DNA of 63,823 bases, filler included. It is 7 parts of 7 records of this genome, joined end to end, with 100 filler letters (N's around TTAATTAATTAA, not from the genome) between each part and the next. Parts side by side here need not be neighbours in the genome. Positions count along the whole stretch, not along the records: positions 35,732 to 44,042 come from DRR723986_12830; positions 44,143 to 52,449 come from DRR723986_12845; 5 more parts are not named here. One strand, given 5' to 3'. The notes under the pieces were generated by a model. That model saw only the letters and a program-made list of their open reading frames with translations. It made no database searches and was not told the DNA's origin. The position numbers and the translations under genes were made by a program. Shown in pieces: positions 40,042 through 47,419 of this stretch; within the stretch, counting starts at the first letter, position 1, and each line of letters opens with the position of its first letter.

Positions 40042-41060
40042 ATTTTTCCTCCGATACGTCGGCGCCAGCGCATCCGCGCGTGATCGAGGCGCTGGCCTCC
40101 GTGAACAGCGGCATGGAAGCGAGCTATGGCGGCGACACCGTCACGGCGGCCCTGCGGGATAAGCTTGCCGCTGTGTTCGAAACAGAAGATTTTGACTACT
40201 GGCTGACCGCGTCGGGCACCGCGTCCAATGCTTTGGCGCTGTCCTGCTTCTGCTCGCCTGTCGGCGCCGTGCTCTGCCACGAGGAAGCTCACATCGCGCG
40301 GGATGAGCGCGGCGCGCCGGAGTTCTTCACGGGCGGCGGCAAGCTGCATTTGCTGACCGGGTTCGGCGCGCGGATCGACCGTGAGGCGCTGGAAACGGCG
40401 CTCAGTCAGATCAATCCATCCTTCGTGCACGAGACGCCTGCCGAGGCACTCTCACTGACCAACCTTACCGAATGCGGCACGGCATACCGTGCAGCCGAGA
40501 TTGCCCTCTATGCCGGCCTCGCGAAAGAGAAGGGGCTCCACGTGCACCTCGACGGCGCGCGGCTTGGCAATGTACTGGCCAGCGGCAAGGCGACGGCGGC
40601 AGAAATGACCTGGCAGGCAAGGGTCGATGTGCTGACCTTCGGCCTCACAAAGACCGGTGCCATCGGCTGCGAAATCATCCTTCTGTTCGGCAGTGCCCGG
40701 AAGAAATTCGGCGAATTGAAGGCTCGCGCCAAGCGGTCCGGTCATATGCCGCCCAAGATGCGGTTCCTGGCCGCGCAGGCCTATGCCATGCTGGACGACG
40801 GGCTCTGGCTGCACCTGGCAGGGCAGGCGAATGCCCGCGCGCAGGCGCTGGCGGACGTGTTCACCGGGGCGGGGTTCGATCTGGCCTATCCGGTCGATGG
40901 CAATGAAGTCTTCCCGATACTTTCCGAAGAGGCCGCGCGCCGCCTGCAAGCAGCTGGTGGCGTCTTCTATCCCTGGCCGGGCGGGACTTACCGGTTCGTC
41001 TGTTCCTGGAACACACCGGAGGCGGAAATCGCCGCCGTGGCAGAAGCGTTGGCGGCCTAG
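40038..41060 (+). CDS. Low-specificity L-threonine aldolase
   Basis: NFSSD, YGGD, GTASN, TECGT.Y, HLDGAR, FGLTK. Confidence 0.88.
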   Translation: MNFSSDTSAPAHPRVIEALASVNSGMEASYGGDTVTAALRDKLAAVFETEDFDYWLTASGTASNALALSCFCSPVGAVLCHEEAHIARDERGAPEFFTGGGKLHLLTGFGARIDREALETALSQINPSFVHETPAEALSLTNLTECGTAYRAAEIALYAGLAKEKGLHVHLDGARLGNVLASGKATAAEMTWQARVDVLTFGLTKTGAIGCEIILLFGSARKKFGELKARAKRSGHMPPKMRFLAAQAYAMLDDGLWLHLAGQANARAQALADVFTGAGFDLAYPVDGNEVFPILSEEAARRLQAAGGVFYPWPGGTYRFVCSWNTPEAEIAAVAEALAA

Positions 41061-41680
41061 GCGGTTTCGGCGATGGCGCCGCCCAGCCAGTTGCTGAGCT
41101 GTTCCACGGCTGACTGATTGTCCAGCGGCGCAACCGCGCGGCCGCCAAGCAGGTGCTGGTGCAGGCTCATCATGATGACGGACGAGAACATGGCGATGGC
41201 GGCGGTGCGGATTTCATTCCCGTCGGTTGGAGACCCGGGCGTTCCAGCGAGCTTGCGGCACACGCAGTCCAGCGACGGTTCCAGAATGTGTTCCAGATAG
41301 GCTTGTCCGACATCCGGCTCTGCCATGCCTTCGACCATGCCGAAGGCGTGCATCCGGACGAAAATGTCGTCTTCCATCCGCGCCAAGGCATGCCGGAAAC
41401 AGGCGGCGACAGCCTCTTCAACAGTCGGTGCGGGTTCTTCCAGTTGCCGCCAGATGGGTTGGGCGCGTTCGCCCAGTTCAACCATCATGGCGATCACGAG
41501 GCCTTTGCGGTCCGTAAAATAATGGCGCAGAGTCGGCTCGGATGTTTCGGCGGCGAGTGCCAGCTGGCGAAGGGAGGGACGCTGGATCTCTCCGGACAAG
41601 GCGAAGTTGATCACACTGTCCAGCAGTGCCAAACGCTTCGCGTCAAAGTTGTAGTTCCGGGCACCGGGTGTTCGGGCCAT
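41057..41680 (-). CDS. TetR-like regulator
   Basis: PSLRQLA.AA..SEPTLRHYF HTH. Confidence 0.85.
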   Translation of the reverse strand: MARTPGARNYNFDAKRLALLDSVINFALSGEIQRPSLRQLALAAETSEPTLRHYFTDRKGLVIAMMVELGERAQPIWRQLEEPAPTVEEAVAACFRHALARMEDDIFVRMHAFGMVEGMAEPDVGQAYLEHILEPSLDCVCRKLAGTPGSPTDGNEIRTAAIAMFSSVIMMSLHQHLLGGRAVAPLDNQSAVEQLSNWLGGAIAETA

Positions 41681-42101
41681 GGATCGACCTGCCTCTCTTA
41701 GCGACATTGAGTGGAAACTTCTGTTCGAAGCCCTCATTCAATAGCTGCAGCTAGTGTAATGCGCCAAATAGTGTCAACGATGCAAGGCCTGTCGGTCGCC
41801 AGATACAGTCTGGCATTATGAAAACTTGGCTGAATTTGCCCTGATTTGCACCACTGACGGCGTGTGCGGCACCAACTCTGCCTGCCATTTTTGCGTGAAC
41901 GCCTGCTCCTCCTGTCTTGTCTGGATTGCATCAAGTCTCTGCACCACGCTCCGGCGTCGGACGGACAGGTTAGCATGAGTGCGCATCCGGCGGCATTCGG
42001 CCCGGCGACCGCAAATGGATATACCGGTATGTAAGCTGCGCCGAATGGGTGGGCTCCGGCTGAACCTGTCTCCAGCCGGTTATCCTTCGCAGCAGATATA
42101 T

Positions 42102-42815
42102 CTACTTGTTCTGCGCGCGCAGGTCGTCGAGGACCCTTTCCGCCATATGATCGTGCGCCGGCACGGACGGATGCCACTGGCAGCCAAAGGCAACGGACGG
42201 ATCGCCGCCATCCAGAGCAAGATAACGGATGGCTGTGTCTTTTTCGGTATTTACCGCCTCGACGGCCGTTTTCACGGCATGATCGAAGAAAATCCGGTCG
42301 TTTCCGCTCAGCATCGGGCCCGTGAGGGCATAGATCGTTGCATCAGGGTAGCGTGTGCTCATCTGGGACAACAGGTCTCCCATCGCCGGGACAAACTGGT
42401 CAGACGGGTCGTTCTGGTAGAAATCGTGGGTACCGATGTTCACCAGGACGAGTTGCACCGGCTCCGCAGCGTCCAGACGCTCGGTCTCGTCTTCGCGGGC
42501 GAGGCGCATCGACATCGTATTGGTCTGGTCTTCACCATAATTGTGAACCAGCCCAATGCCCGGCCATGCGAACATGACATAATCAACGCCCAGGGCCTCG
42601 GCGACCTGAACGCCATAGGAGTGGCTGACCGAATTGAATTCCGGGGTCAGCGGGCAGTTCTGATCCGGTCCCATCGCGCCAAAGCCGAGTGAAATTGCGT
42701 CTCCGACGATCAGCACCTTGCCTGGCAGGTCCGGCAGGGCACCCTGAGGCGAATCCTGATTGGCACAGGCGGGCACTGCCAGCAGCAGCGCGCTCATAAG
42801 AATGTGTTTCAGCAT
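42102..42815 (-). CDS. SGNH/GDSL hydrolase (CE2 acetylxylan esterase-like), secreted or lipoprotein
   Basis: GDAISLGFG (block I), NIGTHD, WHPS; N-terminal signal. Confidence 0.75.
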   Translation of the reverse strand: MLKHILMSALLLAVPACANQDSPQGALPDLPGKVLIVGDAISLGFGAMGPDQNCPLTPEFNSVSHSYGVQVAEALGVDYVMFAWPGIGLVHNYGEDQTNTMSMRLAREDETERLDAAEPVQLVLVNIGTHDFYQNDPSDQFVPAMGDLLSQMSTRYPDATIYALTGPMLSGNDRIFFDHAVKTAVEAVNTEKDTAIRYLALDGGDPSVAFGCQWHPSVPAHDHMAERVLDDLRAQNK

Positions 42816-42884
42816 GGTGGATTCCGTTTCCTTTAGCCGGTCCAGCGCGAAATTACCCTCGTGTTGTGCAGGGTACGTGCCACT

Positions 42885-43430
42885 CTACTCCATTTTTTGC
42901 TGCATTATCAGGGCTGACAGAACAAATGCTATTCGATCTTCCACGGACGTCTTCGGCAGGATGTGCGTGGAATAGCCAAGTGCCGGGAAGGCGGCTTCCA
43001 GGCGGGCATACTCCGCGACGGCCTCACCCATGCCGTGCCGACGGGCTTCGTCGCTTGCGAAGATGTCCGGCCAGGGCGGGGCCAGGAACACCGACGGATT
43101 GTAGCGATACTCGCCTGCCGGATCCGCGGCGGCAGGATTGCCGGTCACATGGGCCAGCGCCACGGCGGCGTCCACGACACCCCGGTCGAAGAAGACCGGC
43201 CCGGAGAGGTGCCGCGCGGCGTTGTGATCGGCGATGGCAAGGTCCAGCGTGCGGTGCAGGAAGGCTTCGATATCCGTCCAGGGCAGGGCATTGCCGCCGC
43301 TTGCCTGTTCGGCTTCCACGACACGCCGGCCCGGTTCCTCCACCACCTGATGACCTCGCGCCTTCAGCGCCGTCAGCAGTGTCGACTTGCCCCCGCCGGA
43401 GCAACCGGAAATCAGGATGAAATTGTCCAT
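42885..43430 (-). CDS. AAA_28-like P-loop ATPase
   Basis: SGCSGGGKST, EEPGR, FFDRG..D, APPW; start set at MDNF. Confidence 0.85.
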   Translation of the reverse strand: MDNFILISGCSGGGKSTLLTALKARGHQVVEEPGRRVVEAEQASGGNALPWTDIEAFLHRTLDLAIADHNAARHLSGPVFFDRGVVDAAVALAHVTGNPAAADPAGEYRYNPSVFLAPPWPDIFASDEARRHGMGEAVAEYARLEAAFPALGYSTHILPKTSVEDRIAFVLSALIMQQKME

Positions 43431-43469
43431 GATCTCGATTATCCTGCTGACAAATTGAGGAGATGCAAC

Positions 43470-43817
43470 ATGTCCTATGTGGATGGCGTCGTGGCCGCCG
43501 TACCGGAAGCCAACAAGGAAGCCTATATCGAACATGCCCGTCAGGCGGCTGTGATCTTCAGGGAGTTCGGCGCCACGCAGGTCGTGGAATGCTGGGGCGA
43601 CGATGTGCCTGAAGGCAAGATCAAGTCCATGCACACGGCCGTTCAGCGCAAGGAAGGTGAAGCCATCATCTTCTCTTGGATCATCTGGCCCTCCAAGGAA
43701 ATCCGCGATGCCGGGTGGGGCAGAATGATGGAAGACAGCCGGATGGCTGACCAGGAAATGCCATTTGATGGATCACGGATGATCTTCGGTGGCTTCAGCA
43801 TGGTGCTCGAAGCCTAG
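43470..43817 (+). CDS. DUF1428 (YbaA) family protein
   Basis: MSYVDG, ECWGDDVP.GK, FSWI.WPS, MPFDG.RMIFGGF; GAGGAG RBS. Confidence 0.92.
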   Translation: MSYVDGVVAAVPEANKEAYIEHARQAAVIFREFGATQVVECWGDDVPEGKIKSMHTAVQRKEGEAIIFSWIIWPSKEIRDAGWGRMMEDSRMADQEMPFDGSRMIFGGFSMVLEA

Positions 43818-43824
43818 AAAATTT

Positions 43825-44042
43825 GACCAGACGGCCTGTAAGCCGGGTTCTGTTCGCCTGATTGCTCAGGTCTGGCAGCCATTCCTCTGGGATGCCTGTT
43901 GCCAGGCACCTCACGCGACACACCCGGGGCGCAGGCGGGATACAGCCCATGCGCGCCCCCTATTCGGTCTTGCTCCGGGCGGGGTTTACCGTGCCGGTCC
44001 TGTCGCCAGTCCCGCGGTGGGCTCTTACCCCACCCTTTCACC
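43825..44042 (-). ncRNA. rnpB: RNase P RNA, class A (3' part; 5' truncated)
   Basis: Minus strand contains GGTGAAAGGGTGGGGTAAGAGCCCACCG, GGTAAACCCCGCCCGGAGCAAGACCGAATAGG and the terminal ACAGAACCCGGCTTACAGG. Confidence 0.97.
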
Positions 44043-44142
44043 NNNNNNNNNNNNNNNNNNNNNNNNNNNNNNNNNNNNNNNNNNNNTTAATTAATTAANN
44101 NNNNNNNNNNNNNNNNNNNNNNNNNNNNNNNNNNNNNNNNNN
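44043..44142. other. Artificial contig spacer
   Basis: Same linker. Confidence 0.99.
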
Positions 44143-44254
44143 CAGTTGCACTTTCCAGCTGGCTTTTTGAGTATGTTGTTTGTTGTTGTGCCACAAGTCA
44201 GAAGTACATAAACTCCTTGAGCATGTTGACGCAGTGCCAAACAAAAAGAAAAAG

Positions 44255-44332
44255 AGCTAGCCCTGAAGTGAGGGTATCGAACGAAGCAGGGCGCGGCGGC
44301 GCAAGCAGAGGTTCGCACATCAGGGCTTAGCT
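44255..44332 (-). terminator. Long hairpin followed by a U-tract downstream of the barrel gene
   Basis: AGCTAGCCCTGA...TCAGGGCTTAGCT outer stem; on the minus strand followed by CTTTTTCTTTTTG. Confidence 0.5.
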
Positions 44333-44371
44333 GCTGGGCTGAATAGCCAGGGGGAGTTTGTATGTTCCTAT

Positions 44372-45205
44372 CTAATTAAACCGAATGCCAAAACTAAAAG
44401 CAAGAACTGCGTCCAGTGGCATTAGATTATCTGTTGTCGGCAATTCGAGGCTGGCAGCACCTGTTAGGGTGCCATTATCAACTTGCAGAGCCAGATTGTA
44501 GGAATGCAGAAAGCGCTGGGGGAAACTGACTTCCTTACCAATAGCGCGCGCCATGACACTTGTTCCTGCCATTAAACTAAAGCTGTTCAGCTTAAACCGC
44601 AGAGCGGGTTCCAGGTCCACTACCAAATCTACATGCCTGTGCTCAGCGGAAATATGAGATGCGATTAAACCTGTGCGCGTGACAATACTAAACTGCGGGC
44701 TAAGTTCGATGTTAAAGTGCGTGAGTGCCGCAAGACCACTTGCATTTTTGCGTGTAAAGTTTAAGCGTGATATGTCTGTAGTTAAGCCCGGATTAATTCC
44801 GAATTCGGTGTCATCAGTCGAAGTTGGCAGGACCGCTGTGAGGATGATTGCGACTGATTCAGATGCCTCATATTGCATGCCAATTGTCAGATTGCCGATG
44901 TTGAATTCGCGATCACCGGCCTCCCAGCTACTGAGTGGAGGTTTAAGGAATAATATACCACGCCGCGTGCTGATTACGGGCAGATCGGCAAGTATGAAAT
45001 TGCCGGACGGCAACTGATAACGACCGGATATTACGGTTGCGGTCGCTTCGAACTGCTCCTTGTCCACTGCGAGAAAGGAGCCAAAACTCTCCAGCGTTAA
45101 AGAGACATTTGCGTCTGGATCGGTCCACAGTGATGCCTGGGCTTGTGCTTCAATGCTGGAAGTCGCGAGCAGTATCAACAGAATCATCAGATGATTCCAC
45201 TTCAT
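44372..45205 (-). CDS. Putative outer-membrane beta-barrel (COG4313/SphA-like), paralog 1
   Basis: Signal peptide, alternating amphipathic strands, GNLTIG.QY and LPT motifs, C-terminal FGIRFN; TGAGGTGA RBS. Confidence 0.6.
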   Translation of the reverse strand: MKWNHLMILLILLATSSIEAQAQASLWTDPDANVSLTLESFGSFLAVDKEQFEATATVISGRYQLPSGNFILADLPVISTRRGILFLKPPLSSWEAGDREFNIGNLTIGMQYEASESVAIILTAVLPTSTDDTEFGINPGLTTDISRLNFTRKNASGLAALTHFNIELSPQFSIVTRTGLIASHISAEHRHVDLVVDLEPALRFKLNSFSLMAGTSVMARAIGKEVSFPQRFLHSYNLALQVDNGTLTGAASLELPTTDNLMPLDAVLAFSFGIRFN

Positions 45206-45647
45206 ATTATCACCTCAATTGTGAAGAGAGATCTGAACAGGTCGATGCAAGCACCAGGCGTCAGGTCGCCGGCATGCTGTTTGTATCGGAAAATGAGTAA
45301 GGGGTCACTCAATAGTGGCTCTACTTTGGCACCAGTGATGGTAGCTATTTTGAGGATCGTGCGCAGCCAAATATAGACCGCAATGTGCACCCGGTCAAGT
45401 ACATTAAAGGAAAGGGACGTTTAATTGCCCTAAAGTGCTAAGGTCTCAACTCCGCAGCTTAGCCGAATTTATTGGCGCATGGCTCTAAAACATTAAACCG
45501 TATTGCGGCGGAGCGCAGCATTGTAAAATGTCGCTTAGCAGTTGTGCTCCAGGCCACAGGTACAGGGTGGCGGAAAGATGTGCCCAGAGCGTGTGTAATG
45601 TATAACCAGGGCAGGGGGAGGTTTTGGGAAGCCCAGAGAGAAAAATG

Positions 45648-46481
45648 TTAAAAGCGGATGCCGACACTTAATCCTAAGATGGCATTAAGTGGTTCCAGGT
45701 TGTTCGTAGTTGGGAGCCTAAGACTCACGCTGCCAAACATCCAATCGCCGTCTACCTGTAGCGCCAGGTTAACGGAATGCATGATTCGATCTGAATAGCT
45801 GATTTCTTTGCCCAAAACACGCGTCATTAAACTCGTCCCCGCAAGCAATCCGAAAGACCCCAACTTGTACTGCAGCGCCGGTTCCAGGTTCATGAATAAC
45901 TCAGCCTGTTTAGAGTTTCCGAGGTGAATGGGCGCGTGCAAACCGAGGCGCGTGATGAAGCTGAAATGTGGGTTAATCTGCCTGTTAAGCTGCGTTAGTA
46001 AGCTAAAGGCCATCACATCCTGTGCGGCAAAGTTGAGGCGCCAAGGGTCTGTTGTTAACCCCGGGCTGAACTCTGTTTGCGCGTCGTACGTGGCGGTAGG
46101 CAGCATGCCCATAAAAATTACCGATACATTTTCTGAGGGATCAAACTGAGTGCCGATTGAGATATTACCAAGGTTAAACTCGGAATCGCCGGCTTGCCAT
46201 TGCTGTGGATCAGGTCCGCGGAGCAGCAAGGATCCGTGTTGTGTAGTGATCATCGGTACATCGGCCAAAATATAGGCGCCGGACGGCAGTTGGTACCGTC
46301 CCGAAACTATGGATGCAGACGCCGTAAATTGCTCTGTATCAACCGATAGAAAAGATCTGATGCTCTCAACCGTAATCGAGTTGGTTGCATCTGGATCGGA
46401 CCAAACGGAAGGCTGGCCGTAGGTTTCGACAGCTCCAACCACGAGCATGCCAACTACAACAAGAAGTTGTCTCAACTGCAT
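45648..46481 (-). CDS. Putative outer-membrane beta-barrel, paralog 2
   Basis: Same length (277 aa) and collinear with 44372-45205 (SGRYQLPSG, LADVP, PGLTTD, LEPAL, NLALQVD, LPTT); ends VGIRF. Confidence 0.6.
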   Translation of the reverse strand: MQLRQLLVVVGMLVVGAVETYGQPSVWSDPDATNSITVESIRSFLSVDTEQFTASASIVSGRYQLPSGAYILADVPMITTQHGSLLLRGPDPQQWQAGDSEFNLGNISIGTQFDPSENVSVIFMGMLPTATYDAQTEFSPGLTTDPWRLNFAAQDVMAFSLLTQLNRQINPHFSFITRLGLHAPIHLGNSKQAELFMNLEPALQYKLGSFGLLAGTSLMTRVLGKEISYSDRIMHSVNLALQVDGDWMFGSVSLRLPTTNNLEPLNAILGLSVGIRF

Positions 46482-46853
46482 AATTTCACCTCATATGTTA
46501 AGTAGTTTAAGCAAATAGGTGCTTGCGCCGGGAAAGCTATTCCCGGCGGATTGCTCAAAGTGAGCATTGAGAAAAGGGAACTCTATGAAGTGGCTCTAGA
46601 GTTGGGGCAATAGTGAAGAGCAAACAAGTTAAAATAAGTTGCAATCCCAACAGAGCGAGATGTCAATTCCAGCGGACATTGGACATTGTAGTTGAATGAA
46701 AGTCCTAAGACTCAGGGACAAAAGTCAGCCAAAAGTTTAAGCGTCGCGCTGCCCAAGTGCTTGAGTCAGCCAAAATTTGAGAATGGTAATTTTTATGCGA
46801 ATATTGTGCAGCGAGAGGGCGCAAGTCAAGCAGCGATACGCGGAGGAGTTAGT

Positions 46854-47192
46854 ATGAAAATGTTGTGGTGTTGGCGGTGTAGGGAAGTTGTGCCGATGTT
46901 AAATGACATAGAATTTGCTGAAGCACAGGCAAAAGTCTACGAACAAATTGACTTGGAAAAGGCTGGGCTAAGTAGTAAAGAACATCGTTTTGATAAGATG
47001 AGAGACTATTACAACTCCTTGACTGGGGCAAATTATTCATCTTCAGAAAAGATTCAACACCACAAGCTTTCTCTTTACGGCCCGCCCTGCGAAAGCTGCG
47101 GCAAGCCATACCGCACATCGGTCGCTCGTTTTTGTGCGGCCTGCGGCAATACACGCGACTTTGTGGTGAGTCCGGAGGACAAAAGCTGCTAA
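46854..47192 (+). CDS. Small Cys-rich Zn-ribbon protein of unknown function (112 aa)
   Basis: GGAGG RBS; WCWRC, HH, YGPPCESCGKP, FCAACG. Confidence 0.75.
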   Translation: MKMLWCWRCREVVPMLNDIEFAEAQAKVYEQIDLEKAGLSSKEHRFDKMRDYYNSLTGANYSSSEKIQHHKLSLYGPPCESCGKPYRTSVARFCAACGNTRDFVVSPEDKSC

Positions 47193-47419
47193 ATCTGTAC
47201 AGCCGACTGCTGAGACGATGCGAACCGAGGCTGTTCTATGGACTCAGGATCGGCGGTCTGAGGGCTTATTTCTTCGAACCTGGGATTTCCCGGATATATT
47301 CGTATATTTCCGGCCCCCCATCCAAGAGACAAACAAAAAGATCAAGAAGCAAGCCTGATGTAGGCAGGCGCTGCAATCTGCCCGCGCCACAGAACCGCTG
47401 CTAATGCGAGAGGAATCGA

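Noticed and set aside
41700..42100. 400-nt gap that might hide an sRNA or small gene
   Set aside because: No convincing ORF, RBS, terminator or repeated motif seen.
43789..44098. Several short ORFs at the end of contig 4
   Set aside because: They overlap the RNase P RNA gene and run into the N spacer.
44269..44292. GAGG...GAAGCAG resembles the SRP RNA core
   Set aside because: Lacks the CAGG-stem-GNRA-stem-AGCAG geometry.
46625..46638. CAAGTTAAAATAAG matches part of the SpCas9 tracrRNA
   Set aside because: Only 14 AT-rich nucleotides. There is no nexus hairpin, CRISPR repeat or cas gene on the contig, so it is most likely chance.
46692..46853. GTTAG before the Zn-ribbon gene and a repeated AGTCAGCCAAAA 12-mer, suggesting an integron attC site
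   Set aside because: No matching RYYYAAC box or L-box pairing and no integrase. GTTAG lies in the RBS spacer, and only two copies of the 12-mer exist.
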